Positions 12,784 to 24,647 of a stretch of DNA of 64,000 bases are shown here, in pieces (position 1 is the first letter of the stretch; every line of letters begins with the position of its first letter). The DNA is from Phoronis australis (Eukaryota > Animalia > Phoronida). Under the pieces are notes generated by a model. The model was not told where the DNA came from. It saw nothing but the letters and a program-made list of their open reading frames with translations, and made no database searches. The stretch covers positions 1,271,588 through 1,335,587 of the forward strand of contig NMRA01000030.1 in NCBI GenBank assembly GCA_002633005.1, given 5' to 3'. Position numbers and translations under genes: made by a program.

Positions 12784-13548
12784 ATTCCATTGATGAGAAG
12801 TAGGCCAACTGTTATCTGTGGTATTTGCCAATACTTGTGAAATAACACAATCCAGTACTTGCGTTACCGACAGCATACTGTGTATTTGCCCCCACTCTTG
12901 GCGTATTGTCCCACTTTTTAAAACTTTCCCGCGGTCTCGCCACACCATCCAAATGTCACTTTATTTGACACACGGCAAAATTGACATATCATGTACTAAT
13001 GTAGTTTCCCACGCAACAGAGCCATGATTTCCCGCTCAACTAAAAAGAAAATAAAACGGGACGTTTCAAACCTTTTTGTAGAACCTGTAATTTCCCATTC
13101 AAAAACAACAACAAAAACGGTGCGAGATATTTTTAGTTGAAACATTTTCCTTTCGAGAAAAATACTGTCGGCACGTCTGTGTCTGTTGCAGGGAGCAACT
13201 CGCTGTTACGTTTTCGCTCAGACCCAGATGTCCCACGTTTTATCCTGAAATCACGCTTTTCAATTCAGTTGTTCCGGGTTTTTCGGTTCTTGGATGTTGA
13301 CCGTAACAGCTATGCAATAGGTGTTCAAAATAACATCGTCTCTTTTTACAAATATTGTTATTTTCCGGAGTCGGCTTTCTTTAGTAACATAACAATCGTT
13401 AAAATGTGTTCCAATGTCTCTTGTTAACGGTAAAATACACTACATGTGTCAGGATCATTCATTTTTACTTCATGAATAAAAAAGTTTATATCAAAACTTT
13501 TATGGAAAGTTCTACATTGCAACAAATGTGGTGAACTATCCACAATGT

Positions 13549-13705
13549 CAGTGGCGGATTTAGAGGGGGCCAAGGGGGCCATAGCCCCCCCTAAAACTCT
13601 CCCAGATTCCATTTGGCAGTACAGGGGTACGAATGTCTGACGGGCAAAATCCTGGCTAAAACTCTGCCCTGGCCCCACTGACTCAAAATCCTTGATCCGC
13701 CCCTG
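13549..13705 (+). mobile_element. 157-bp MITE (CAG termini, 5-bp TSD; hAT5-like)
   Basis: CAGTGGCGGATT..GATCCGCCCCTG with exact TSD AATGT. Same family as 56139-56295. Confidence 0.88.
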
Positions 13706-14986
13706 AATGTATTTCAAAACTACCTGATGTGCGTTTGCCCATTTTCTGTCAGAGATTTTTTAACTTGGAGTAGTTAATAGCATTTTTTTCATATATGTCA
13801 CTGCGTTTTGAATTTTACAGAAAATTAAGTGTATCAGACGGCACCAAATGTCCAGTAAATTATAATATATGCTGGTGTATAATTTTGGGTGCATGCCTGA
13901 CTAAGTTGTCCAAACATTAGCGTGGGAGATCATATTCTAAAACTTTTGTTTTGATAGATTAGAAATCTTTTTAGTGTTGAAATAATTTCCCTAATGGCTT
14001 ACCTAGCCGTTTATACAACCTATCTGGTTTATTTCCTTTAGGATTCACTATTACACGCTGTTATTGTTCGCATTTGGATGACACTCTTGGTTTTTGGAAT
14101 TAAAAAAACTTAAACCAGTCTGGTATGCCAAATGATATCTGTTTTGCATCAAATTAATACATATTTTTTGCTTCTGGGGTAAACATCAAGAACTGACGTA
14201 AGGCTTTGTCAAGATGTGGCTGCCATGCAATTCGGTTGAAAAGCACAGGAATTGCGAAAAGTTTTAATGACAATAAATTTCATGGCAAGTGCACACACCG
14301 GAGCAAATGAATGCAAACAACTATCACGCATGCGTGGAGTAAATGAGCGGCTGTGAGATCGGAGTTTGAGTTCCAGGGTTAGAGCTCCATGGTAGGACGT
14401 ACCTGTTGTGTCATGCGCACTGAATATTTCCTTTAAGATGATCTTGTTCATCGCAAGCACGAACAAGCAGCACTGAAATTCATTCAAGTTCAAGTTTATA
14501 AATGCTTTCTGCCATTTCGGGCAGAGAGGGTTGAACTCCATAAGGCGTCGCAAGAACGCACGTAAGTACATCAGATGTTTATGTGGAAAAAATGCAGACA
14601 ATTAAGCCAGTGTTGTATTACTGCAGGTTCACTAGCTAGGCCTCTAGAAGTACTCACCAGTTAAAACACAGCTACTCAAGCTTCAATGAAAGCCAATCAA
14701 GGCGCTTGTCCCTGACAGCATGATTGCCAGCTGACAGACTGCCAGCAGCCTCCTGCCATCAGTATAAATAAAAGAAACATACGGGGAACCGTGAAAGTTA
14801 CAAAATCACAAGACACCACAAAAAGATTAACGACGAATGATATTGACGATTACAACATTCCCCTCCTCCCTAAAATGTGTGGGGTCCAACTGAGAATCAA
14901 CATCATTCGCCACATACGAAAAACCTCCTAAACATTTAACCATATCCCCCTTAACGAAAATAAAGCCACTACAAAGTAGACCAAGA

Positions 14987-15304
14987 GTTGCGAACAATTT
15001 GTCCTGTCAGCACGCCATGTTTTTGGTCACATCACGTGACCTAATGAATATAAGTCCGAAAAGATTTCTGCACCCGACCGGGACTCGTACCGAGGACCCT
15101 CTGCTAACCGTGCAGACGCTCTAGCCACTGAGCCATCGGGACTACTGGTCAAACACAGAAATCCAATCAGACTTATTAGTGGGCATCTGACCCTTGATCT
15201 CCATTATGTGTAGATCAAGGATAAGATAGCCACTTTTCGAACTTCATTAGGTCACGTCACGTGACCAAAAAGATGGCGTACTGACGGGACAAATTGTTCG
15301 CAAC
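14987..15304. mobile_element. Palindromic MITE with TIRs of about 64 bp enclosing a tRNA-like cassette
   Basis: GTTGCGAACAATTTGTCC..GTGACCTAATGAA / TTCATTAGGTCAC..GGACAAATTGTTCGCAAC. Confidence 0.85.
15069..15142 (-). other. tRNA-like sequence (Pol III A/B boxes); probably not a functional tRNA
   Basis: GTCCCGA-TGGCTCAGTGG-..TCTGC-ACGGTTA-GCAGA..GGTACGAGTCC..TCGGGTGCA. The B box has a T>A change and the anticodon loop is atypical. Confidence 0.7.
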
Positions 15305-17508
15305 ATTTTTCCACGCCTTACTGAAAAAGATATATTTCTTGACCAAGAGTGTTAGAATAACAAAGAAAATTCACCTAGAAGCAGAGAATAATGCACATAA
15401 GTTAAACACAGAAGTACCAAAAGTAATAAAAAGAGTTCAGAATGTCAGCACATGATCCCTAGCACATGAAGTAAGTCATAAATAGAAACCTAGCAGGATC
15501 CCAACCCCCCAAGGCGGGAGAGCAGTCACCTAACGGAAAAAGTTCTTGCTAGGGAGATTCCCCTGACTTGTAACTCCAAAGGGTATAGGACGCGTGCATT
15601 TCTAGTGGAGTTCTCAAAATAAAGTTTGCACTAATATTATGTACGCGCGTTACCCACAAAGCAGCCACTAGCATACTACATTTTGACGTGCTCCGGATGG
15701 AGGCCGACATACGTATTCCAACCCAAAAGGAACGCCTTAGACATAGACCTAAAATGGATAGGTTCACAGAGAAATGTGACTGACCTTCCATTAAATGTAG
15801 GGCCTCCTGGCATCTGGGACGGACATGGAAGTAACCACGCATCAAGGATACGTTATTAAATAAGGGACATAGCTGTAGGGAAAAAGTATTAGGTCAATGA
15901 AATGGTGTTCATTGACATAAGCAAAACGCTGCTTAAGCCTAAACTCACCAACTAGAAGGACGCAATAAATAAGTACCCACAAAACCAAAGGATACACAAT
16001 CCAGTTAAACCACCAAACCAAACAGACCAAGAAACCACTTGGATACAGTACCAGTCATCGTCTAGCACGGTACCACTTCCCTATTCAACCTCCCTCCGGA
16101 CCTACAGAAAATGCCCTGCTCAGGCAAAGGTTTTCAAGAAAGGTGGTTGAATACTCCTAAAAAGACCTAACCAGTGCCGATTACGACGTTTGTCGTATTC
16201 CTGCAGGTTCACTAGCTATAGACCTCTAGAAGTACTCACCTGTTAAAACACAGCTACTCAAGCTTCAATAAAAACCAGTCGAGGTGCTCACCCCTGACGA
16301 CATGATTGCCTGCTGAAACACTGCCAGCAGCCTCCCGCCAGCATTATAAATTAAAGAAACATCCTGGGAACCACAAAACTGACAAATCACAAGACACCAC
16401 AGAAAGATCAAGGCAAGACTGAATATCACCCGGGCTCCCTCCCCCCCCTTTTCATCCAATGTGCAAGTGTGCAGGTGCCAGTCAACATCTCTCTCTCCCT
16501 CTCTCTTTTCATCCAATGTGTAAGTGTGCATCTTTGCTCCGTAAGAAGGTCTTTGCAATGGTGATCAGGAATTCCAGTTACAATTTGTCTGATAGCAGGT
16601 AAATGGCGTCGAATCAGACGAATATTACGAAAATAAAGCTCGTCTCTTTCTTTGCGAGTGTGCTTTTAAACATTTTGTGACTAAGGTTCATGGACCCCAA
16701 AAATCAAATAGAACCCCAAAACATGGGAAGTTGGGTCCATTGGACCGAAGTTTGGAAAATCAGGGCAAACAGTGAGTCGGTGAGACGGTGAAAAAAACGA
16801 GGTTTTTTAAACATCAGTTTTAGTTTTCCCCACTCAATTTCCTTCACATGAATGTACATGTAAGTAAAATGTTGTGGTACGTAGGGTGCACAGCAGCCAT
16901 TTTCCTTCTTAATGATATGTAACGATAGATATTCTCCCTCATCTCTTCAGCTTTCCCCGATTTTCCTCCGCCTATTTCACCCTTAACCTCCCAAACAAAC
17001 TTTTGTCGCTACTTATTGGTGAATGGACTTCTAACGTACACTTTAAGTTTTTGCGACTTAGACTAAATGCGCAGGGCAACACCCGTGGAGATTTTGTCAA
17101 GATTCAGTGATTATTGGAAATACGTATTTAATCGCGCCTCTGTGCGGCAGAAGCTTGTCGATTTGCGACATTACTCCGTTTATTTTGATAAACACTTGTG
17201 TCTTAACATAGCGAAGAGGCAGTTATTTCTAAAACGTCTTACCCGCTGCGTTGTTTCGCTGGCTAGCATGTTCTTTTGCTGTGCTAGGGCAGCAGCTTCT
17301 GGTTCGACGGTAGATGCTAAGGTCTCCAAACACATTTCCAGAACCTTGGCGAAATAATTGAGGGGAGTAAAATCGAGAAAGAACAGCAAGGTAGCCGACA
17401 TACAGAGAGTGTCAGAGCGGTGAGGTGGGAATGGAAAGGTAGCTGAAGGTGTCGAAATCTGAATCTTCGTCTTCAAATCTTGGTTTCAGGTACTTTTAAG
17501 TAAAACAT

Positions 17509-19057
17509 CAGTGGCAGATCTACATTTTCAGCAAGGGGGTGTGTAGGATTCCCGCCAAGGTCGAATCTTAGGCGCGTGGCGCGGAGCGGGGGGAGGTTGG
17601 GAGGGGGGTTTCCCCTCCCGTGTAAGAAATTTTTTTGTTTTTGTAGCCAAATAGTGAAATTTTCATGCATCCCGGTAAGTTTCTGGCACTTAACATGTCT
17701 CTGGAGTTTTTCTTAAGATAATTAAAAACCCTTCTCGATTTCGTCACATGAACTTGGCACATAAGTTTTTTGAAACCATATTGTGCACATCTGGGTATGA
17801 GTCACGCCAACAGCAAAAAGTTTTTGTTGGAACATCTGCTTACACACACCTTTTTTAGCATACGAAAAGTCGTATACGAAAAAGTGTGGTGTGTATACAG
17901 GGGTTTAGACAATTTCCAAATATTCAAGAGCNNNNNNNNNNNNNNNNNNNNNNNNNNNNNNNNNNNNNNNNNNNNNNNNNNNNNNNNNNNNNNNNNNNNN
18001 NNNNNNNNNNNNNNNNNNNNNNNNNNNNNNNNNNNNNNNNNNNNNNNNNNNNNNNNNNNNNNNNNNNNNNNNNNNNNNNNNNNNNNNNNNNNNNNNNNNN
18101 NNNNNNNNNNNNNNNNNNNNNNNNNNNNNNNNNNNNNNNNNNNNNNNNNNNNNNNNNNNNNNNNNNNNNNNNNNNNNNNNNNNNNNNNNNNNNNNNNNNN
18201 NNNNNNNNNNNNNNNNNNNNNNNNNNNNNNNNNNNNNNNNNNNNNNNNNNNNNNNNNNNNNNNNNNNNNNNNNNNNNNNNNNNNNNNNNNNNNNNNNNNN
18301 NNNNNNNNNNNNNNNNNNNNNNNNNNNNNNNNNNNNNNNNNNNCGAATGCGGTCACTTTCTCAATGTGAGTGCCCCCTTGGTCATTCCTTGTATAGACAT
18401 AACTTGTTATAGAGTGTGTCTTCAAACGGACTCGCGACCAGACCACGGCGCCCGCCACAATAGCAATTCTTCGGAAAAAGATTTTTTTCAAAAATATTAC
18501 ATGTACATGTATACAATATTACATGTACATGTACACTGTATGACATTGCGCAAGACAAATTTACTATACATCAGTTACAAACGTGTTGAGTGTAATAGAA
18601 TGACACGGCATGACAGATGAGGTAAAAACGTTGCACATCAATTCGCCTGAATATCAGGGTTGCGGCACCGCAGTATTTCCCCTAATCAAATCAAAATATA
18701 TCTTAGAGTGAAGAAGCTAGTTACCTAAAGAAATCAGCTATAGAACTGCTCTTTCAGCGGTGAATCCATCTAAAATGCTTGGCTACTTCAGAAGTGTCGA
18801 CGGAAGCGCGCGCACAATAAATCCCCGCGCGTTTTGCCGATAAGCCACAAAGACTCGGCAATTCACAACGCAAAAAACTATATTTTCAGAGTGAACCCCC
18901 CCCTCAATTTTTTCCAAGTTGGTTTACTTGGGGTTTACACACGCTGGGGGTGCCGTTTTTGTTTTGCTGGAGCCGCTTTTGTTTTTTTTTTAATTTTTGG
19001 GTCCTGGCCCGAGGGGGGGTTTTAAACCCCCTGAACCCCCCCGTAGATCCGCCACTG
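17509..19057. mobile_element. Non-autonomous DNA transposon of about 1.5 kb (CAG termini, 5-bp TSD) spanning the assembly gap
   Basis: CAGTGGCAGATCTAC / GTAGATCCGCCACTG, with exact TSD AACAT at 17504-17508 and 19058-19062. Confidence 0.85.
17932..18343. other. Assembly gap (N run)
   Basis: Run of Ns. Confidence 1.
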
Positions 19058-19117
19058 AACATTTAATGATTACAAATTACGTGTTTTACTTTCTTTCAAA
19101 GTTTGTAAAGGCATTGA

Positions 19118-19168
19118 TTATACTTGCTTAAATATTTGCTTTTCACTGACCGTCTTGCTATAGAAAAC
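19118..19168 (-). CDS. Host gene coding exon 7 (terminal; VFYSKTVSEKQIFKQV*)
   Basis: Acceptor TTTACTGCAG|, phase 0, matching the exon 6 donor. It completes a G-x3-W-V motif like the end of the dynein MTBD. Confidence 0.55.
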   Translation of the reverse strand, partial: VFYSKTVSEKQIFKQV

Positions 19169-19182
19169 CTGCAGTAAAGTAT

Positions 19183-19513
19183 AACTCACCCAATCTCGTA
19201 TTAATTCAAAAAACATACACAATAACTCACCCAGTCCCGTATTAACCCAACGTAGAATACAACTCACCCAGTCTCGTATTAACCCAACGTAGAATACAAC
19301 TCACCCAGTCTCATATTAACCCAACATACAGTATAACTCATCCAGTCTCGTATTAACCTAAACATACATTATTACTCACACAAACTCTTACTAACTCAAC
19401 ATGCAATATAACTCCCCCAGTCATATTGACCCAGAAAACATACAATAGAACTCACCCAAACTCGTACTAACTCAGCATACAAGATAACTCACCCAGTCTC
19501 GTATTAACCCAAC
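19183..19513. repeat. Minisatellite of about 37 bp, about 9 copies, built from the exon 6 end plus splice donor
   Basis: Unit AACTCACCCAGTCTCGTATTAACCCAACGTAGAATAC; the minus strand reads ..GGTTAATACGAGACTGG|GTGAGTT.. Confidence 0.92.
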
Positions 19514-19687
19514 TACTTGGTTAGTCTCGTACACAAGATCCTGGGAATAGTAGCTCAAAATATGTTTCGCCCTGGCAGCTACCTCTGGCGGCAGAAAGAA
19601 CAGGTTGAACGTTCTTATTCTCTCCCACAGTCCAACGTACATGTCTGATTTTTCGGTCCTTAGCATTTTTCTACACTTATCCCATTC
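19493..19687 (-). CDS. Host gene coding exon 6 (EWDKCRKML...GLIRDW), second half of the dynein-MTBD-like domain
   Basis: Acceptor AATCTGTAG|, donor TGG|GTGAGT, 195 nt, phase 0/0, open frame. Confidence 0.88.
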
Positions 19688-20023
19688 CTACAGATTGTAT
19701 AATATATTTCTTCCGATGAATGAATAAAATTAAATGTCAAGAAAATGTGAATCGACGTAACACTGCGGTTACAGTCTGTTTTACGAGAGTTGTGGTCAAG
19801 TTACACTAGCAACATGCAATGTAATAGCCACTACATGTATACCTGGCTGATAGCCGCTGCATCGTTTGACCAGTGAAGGTGCCATGTCGAAAACCGGGTC
19901 GTGAAATTACTACTTTCTGTGCATGTGAGCACAGATGTATACATATCATTTTAATTGTTATATATGAAACAGGAAAAGTCACAAAGGTTTGGGTAATGAG
20001 ATTTATAATGCGCTTTGACATAC

Positions 20024-20304
20024 CCGTGTTATCCCCTCGTGGTCCCCCAGTATGAGGAATAAAGCTACGAAAACGTCTTTGATTGCGTACGGCACGTCGT
20101 TTTTGTCCCTTATATCAGCTATTGATGTCGACGGTATGTTCAAGATCTTTTGTTTTGATTTTTCAATCCTGTCGTACTTTCTCAGTTGTATAGCTGCACA
20201 ATTTACTTCTGTCTGTAAACTTTCTTCCACGTCTTCCTCCGATATTGTCTTCACCACGTTCGATATTTTGGCGAAGTCTTTCATATCAATAGCGTTACAT
20301 AGTT
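20024..20304 (-). CDS. Host gene coding exon 5 (..ELCNAIDMKDF...LFLILGDHEGITR), first half of the dynein-MTBD-like domain
   Basis: Acceptor TTTCTCTGGCAG|, donor CGG|GTATGT, 281 nt, phase 1/0. Confidence 0.88.
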
Positions 20305-20903
20305 CTGCCAGAGAAAGGACTTTAGAATTTATCCTGGTCTGGGTTAGGAAAGAGTTGAGGTCATTTTTAAAGGGCTTTGGTAAAAAGCAAAAGATGATTT
20401 TTTTCTGGCAGAAAGCGTGTTGATAGCAGCTTTAACATTTGAATTTCATTGACGTTTTTGGCTAGCTTATATAATTTTCTGATATAATATTGGCTACTGA
20501 CCTAGCCACGTGGTTCCACGTCTCCATTCTCTGTTTATAGCCAAAAGTTTTCTTGCTGTTCAGAACTTGTTCATGTTAAGATGCCCCCAGATTACCACTC
20601 GCTTCAGTCACCCTCCCCATCTTGGCCAAGAATAACGCGTTTGGACTCTCTGTCGAATATTTCTGACTAGGTCAGTTGTGCTGAATTCACACACAACTTC
20701 AGTAGTTGTTGAATCTTATACCATTGGAACTCACAAAAGTACATGTACGGAGGCCCAGTACTCCCATTTTGAAGTGATGGAAATATTTTGTTAATCTGAT
20801 AATTATGTAGCGGCCGCCAAAAAATAAAATATTTTCTTCACTTCAAGATGGCACTATTGGGCTTCCGTACAAAGTAATTTACTTAACAATTTCCTTCCTT
20901 TAC

Positions 20904-21071
20904 CTCTTTTCAGTGCTGAGCATAGTATAGTTTTTCTGGCTTCTTCTACAAGGTTAGAGTTGTACGGAATGCTAAGTTCAGAATACTGGTAGAAACAGTC
21001 ACCAATCTTGTCTAAGTCTTCATTTTTGATAGAAATAATCAGATCTAGTATAGCCTTTTTCTGCCGCAAAT
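20904..21071 (-). CDS. Host gene coding exon 4 (DLRQKKAIL...SALKR)
   Basis: Acceptor TGTTTCAG|, donor G|GTAAAG, 168 nt, phase 1/1. Confidence 0.85.
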
Positions 21072-21602
21072 CTGAAACATTATTCAAATCAACATCAAAT
21101 GTAATGTATCTTTTGCCCAGTTGTCTACAATGTAGACATCATGATCCACATTCGGGAAGTGGCTGAACATTTTTTTGAACGGTGATCATTTTGCGTATTT
21201 ATCACTAATTTGACTGATTACAGCATATGATGAACGATGTTACGTGTTAAAAACGATTTCAACCTATTTAAACGAGAGTCACGTGAGCTTGAGATCGGCA
21301 TTGCTATCCAAATAGTACCAGAAAGTCATCATGGTGTGCAAGTGCTTTTAAATTAATTTAAATACGAGTCTTCAATACATTCACTACTTGCACGAATTCG
21401 CCATTATGCCTGAAAACGAAGTGTTGTGTCTAAACTACAAAATAATGGTTATGTATGCTTGGAAGACGTGCGCTTTCACGTTTGCAATGTTAAAATTGAT
21501 GCTAAAACGAGACATTGTGTCCTAAACAACAATGCACAACAATGATTTTTGAAGCACCACCATGGTGTACAATTAGTGAAGTGAACTATACATGTGACTT
21601 AC

Positions 21603-21654
21603 CAGTCAAAAGGTCTGTGTTGCCACCGTCTTGAATTTTCTCGAGGTTTTTTAT
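21603..21654 (-). CDS. Host gene coding exon 3 (IKNLEKIQDGGNTDLLT)
   Basis: Acceptor ATTCTAG|, donor G|GTAAGT, 52 nt, phase 0/1. It bridges the phases of exons 2 and 4 exactly. Confidence 0.8.
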
Positions 21655-21799
21655 CTAGAATATTAAACGTGGTTTACAGTTCTCAAGATCAGGTGTAAAC
21701 GAAGTGTTTAAGGATGGGTAGTTCAAGCTCACTTGCGACAAGCCACCACAGCATTGCGAGTAAAGCTAGAAAGAGTATGCGTTGCTTTTAATCAAAGAG

Positions 21800-23275
21800 C
21801 TCTAGCCCTGGAATTCCAGCTTCCGCATGTAACCTTTATTAGATCCCGAGACTAGCCGCGAGAGCTTGCAACGAGAATTTCCGGCTGCCTACTCGACTGA
21901 GTTTTGATCAAGAGTCGTCAGTGGCGGATCTAGGATACCATAAAGGGGGACCCAACATGGGGAATTGTGCAAAGCGCGATGGCATGTGCACAAGCGGCCC
22001 GAAAGTTATGGGTGCCGCGGATGTGGACCTCCTGTTCACAAAATCTGTCTGTGGACTAAAAAATAAAAAAACAGGAACACGATTCCGCCGCAAGTCTTAG
22101 CCCCCCCTCCCCTCATCCGCTACCGGTCCTTGTTACTGAACTTAATATTTCCTCATGCTTCACGCTGTTGCTGTCTCATTTTGCTTGCAGCAGCCAAGGG
22201 AGGGGGGGGGGCGGGCGGGCCCCCTGCTCCCTCCCTAAATCCGCCTATGGTTGTAATTATCGAATCAAGCTGTGTGCGTGTGAGTTTGTGTGTTTTTTGT
22301 TTGTGTGAGTGTGTGCGTGCTTGTGCATGTGTGTTATTACTGTTTTCAATTGTTTACAGTTCACTTGTGCAATGTTTAGCTGTTGCACAGATGCCATTTT
22401 TTGTTAATTCGATTTCTGAGAAGTAGGCGTAATGTTATTTGTAGTATTTACCTATACCGTGAAAAATCCAATACTTCGTGTTGCTGACAGCGTGTTGTGT
22501 ATTTGCCTATTGCCCCGCTTTTGGTGGACTGTCTCACTTTTTTGATTTTTTCCTGCCCACCCGCCACACCATAGAAATGTCCCGCTTTTTGATGCAAGGC
22601 CAAATTGATATATTATCATGAACTTTTGTAATTTCCTAAGCGAAATAGGCATGTTTTACCACTCGGCTAAAAACGGTACGTTTCTTAGGTTTTTGCGGCA
22701 TCAGCAATTTCCAAGTCAACTATAAAAAAACTCAAAAAATGCTGTCGGGCATTTTTGCGTGTTACTTCTCCTGCTCGACAAAAACGCTGTCGGCATGTCT
22801 TTTTGCCTTGCAGCGAACCTTTCACTCTGCCGGTTTGGCTTAAACCCAGAAGTCCAGCTTTTTATCATGAAGTCCCGGTTTTTAATACAGTTGTTATTAT
22901 ATTTCGTTCTTGAATGTTGACCGTGAAAACTGTGAAACAGGTGTTCAAAGTAAAAATGTCCCTTTTTATAAAAATATTGTTATTTTCCAGACTCCACTTT
23001 CTTAAGTAACATAACAGTTGTAAAAATGTGTTCCAGTGTCTTTTGTTTACGGTAACATACATTATATGTATCAGGATCACTAAGTTTTAGTTTCGGAAGA
23101 AAATAGTTTATTTCTGAACTTTTATGGAAAGTCTTTTACTGCAACCAATCTCATGAGCAGAACATTTCAAAGTTACGTGATGGATGTTTTCCATTTTTTA
23201 TCTATCAGAAACCGTTTATCAGCAAATTTCGGATTGATACTTGTAGCAGTTTATCGCATTTTTCATCAATGTCAA
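21800..23275 (+). repeat. Dispersed repeat copy B (in host-gene intron 2)
   Basis: Colinear with 12014-13800 once the nested MITEs are removed. Confidence 0.85.
21919..22249. mobile_element. MITE of about 330 bp (CAGTGGCGGATCTAG..TAAATCCGCCTATG), 5-bp TSD
   Basis: Flanks GTCGT/GTTGT; absent from copy A. Confidence 0.75.
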
Positions 23276-24024
23276 TATTTTTGACCAGTCAGTTATGCGA
23301 AGCGATAATTACTTATGAATTAAACTATTTATGTGTTACGTCTGGTTTAATTATCAAGTACTGAAAAAGGGCTGTCCACTGAGATGTCTCTTGTACAATT
23401 CAGCTGAAATCGGCGGAGTAGAGAAAAGTTTTTCATTAATGACAGTTAATTCCATAAAGATACACACACCGGAACAAACTAATGCGCGGCGCAACCTCAA
23501 CAGCCGCGAGATCCAAGGTGTAAGAGGTCTACGTTTTAATACACAGCAATATCTTTCGGAGACTTGCGTGGTTTCTGTTTTTAGCGAGGAACTTTGTTTA
23601 TAGACAGCCCAGATTTTCCACAATACACCAAAGACCTGTTTCATGACACATTTTCCTTGCAAGGGAAAAGTGCTAGTCTAGGTCTCGCCATATTAAATGA
23701 GGAGATACACTTTGAATTAAGTGAGACGAAATGACAAGCAGTGGAAAAGCAGTTTATTGAAATTTGAAACTAAAACGAAAAATGCTTTGATACCAATAGA
23801 ACTTCAAAATGTTCACAAAAAAACATAAAAATACATGATGAACATGTATTGTGACAGGGACAGAGAACCACTCTGAATAATGCAAACAAGTCTGATTTTT
23901 TGCATTCTAGTCCTCTTTAGCTCAGTTTTCATGAAACACAAATGTCTTGATTTTCGAATTATGAAGTATTGTGGGAATAAACGTTCGAATTTAACCCTAT
24001 GATTCAACATTTCGATTATTTATC

Positions 24025-24279
24025 CAACCCAGAGAGGGAGGGAGGGGGGCTCGGGAGGCTCCAAGGAGCCCCAACTTTGTTGAAGAAGTGGCCAAATAGG
24101 TCCGCCTCAGAGTAACAAAAAGTCCGAGAAAACGAGACAAAAGTCCACTATAAAGGCGCAAATGCACAATTCAAGGCTTTGAAACGTGGTAAACCGTTTT
24201 TAGTCCCCCGTTTTTCTTTTTATTAAAAGGCCCACATTGTCAAAAGTTCGAGCCCCCTATATTTTAGGCTGCGCGCGTG
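24025..24279 (+). mobile_element. Degenerate copy of the CATG-terminal MITE family (compare 35843-36070)
   Basis: Shares TCCGAGAAAACGAGACAAAAGTCCACTA and CCACATTG.CAAAA.TTCGAGC blocks; left end eroded. Confidence 0.75.
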
Positions 24280-24647
24280 CAACCTTTGGTACTTTTGTCA
24301 TCTGATCGGCTAAAACACGAGAACCTCAGCTGATTGAAACCTTCCTGGTTCCTTGAATAACCAATATCAAAGTAAATGTGAACATGCCATTCTAATAAGT
24401 AACGAAAATCAAACGAAAGAAACACGAGTGGGTTTCAAACAAGGGTAACTTTGCCCTCTCTCGGTCCATATTACCTAATATCGCCATACATGTACATTAG
24501 CAACTGTTTATTTGCCAAATGAAATAGAAATCTTGCGTTACTATGGAACAATCATGTGTGATCTCGCTAATCTCGCAAGACTCTGCCCTTGATAAATCCA
24601 TTCTTTTAAAAATATGTTTTGCAAAGAAACAACCATTCATCTCCTAC

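Larger units (their letters stand above)
12014..13800 (+). repeat. Dispersed repeat of about 1.2-1.5 kb, copy A (paralogous to 21800-23275), with three nested MITEs
   Basis: Colinear shared blocks: CTCTAGCCCTGGAATT, GAGAAGTAGGC, TGTGTATTTGCC, AAAATGTGTTCCA.TGTC, CAGGATCA, TTTTATGGAAAGT. Ends approximate. Confidence 0.85.
14611..16428 (-). mobile_element. Small non-coding LTR element (TRIM-like); LTRs at 14611-14857 and about 16191-16428
   Basis: Two diverged direct repeats of about 240 bp. The left one has TGTTGTA..TACAACA termini and an adjacent polypurine tract on the minus strand (14858-14870). There is a possible degenerate tRNA-Ser PBS at 16174-16190. No retroviral ORF. Confidence 0.75.

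Noticed and set aside
15069-15142. Functional tRNA gene
   Set aside because: Mutated T-loop/B box, non-canonical anticodon loop, imperfect acceptor stem, and embedded in a MITE.
17000-17110. IGEWTSNVHFKFLRL as a tyrosine-recombinase C-terminus
   Set aside because: Too short, lacks the catalytic Tyr and has no upstream HxxR motif.
17770-18620. ORFs of 199-244 aa
   Set aside because: Artefacts of reading through the N gap.
19183-19513. CRISPR-like appearance of this array and of the 37069-38147 array
   Set aside because: The units are head-to-tail with no unique spacers, there are no cas genes, and the context is eukaryotic.
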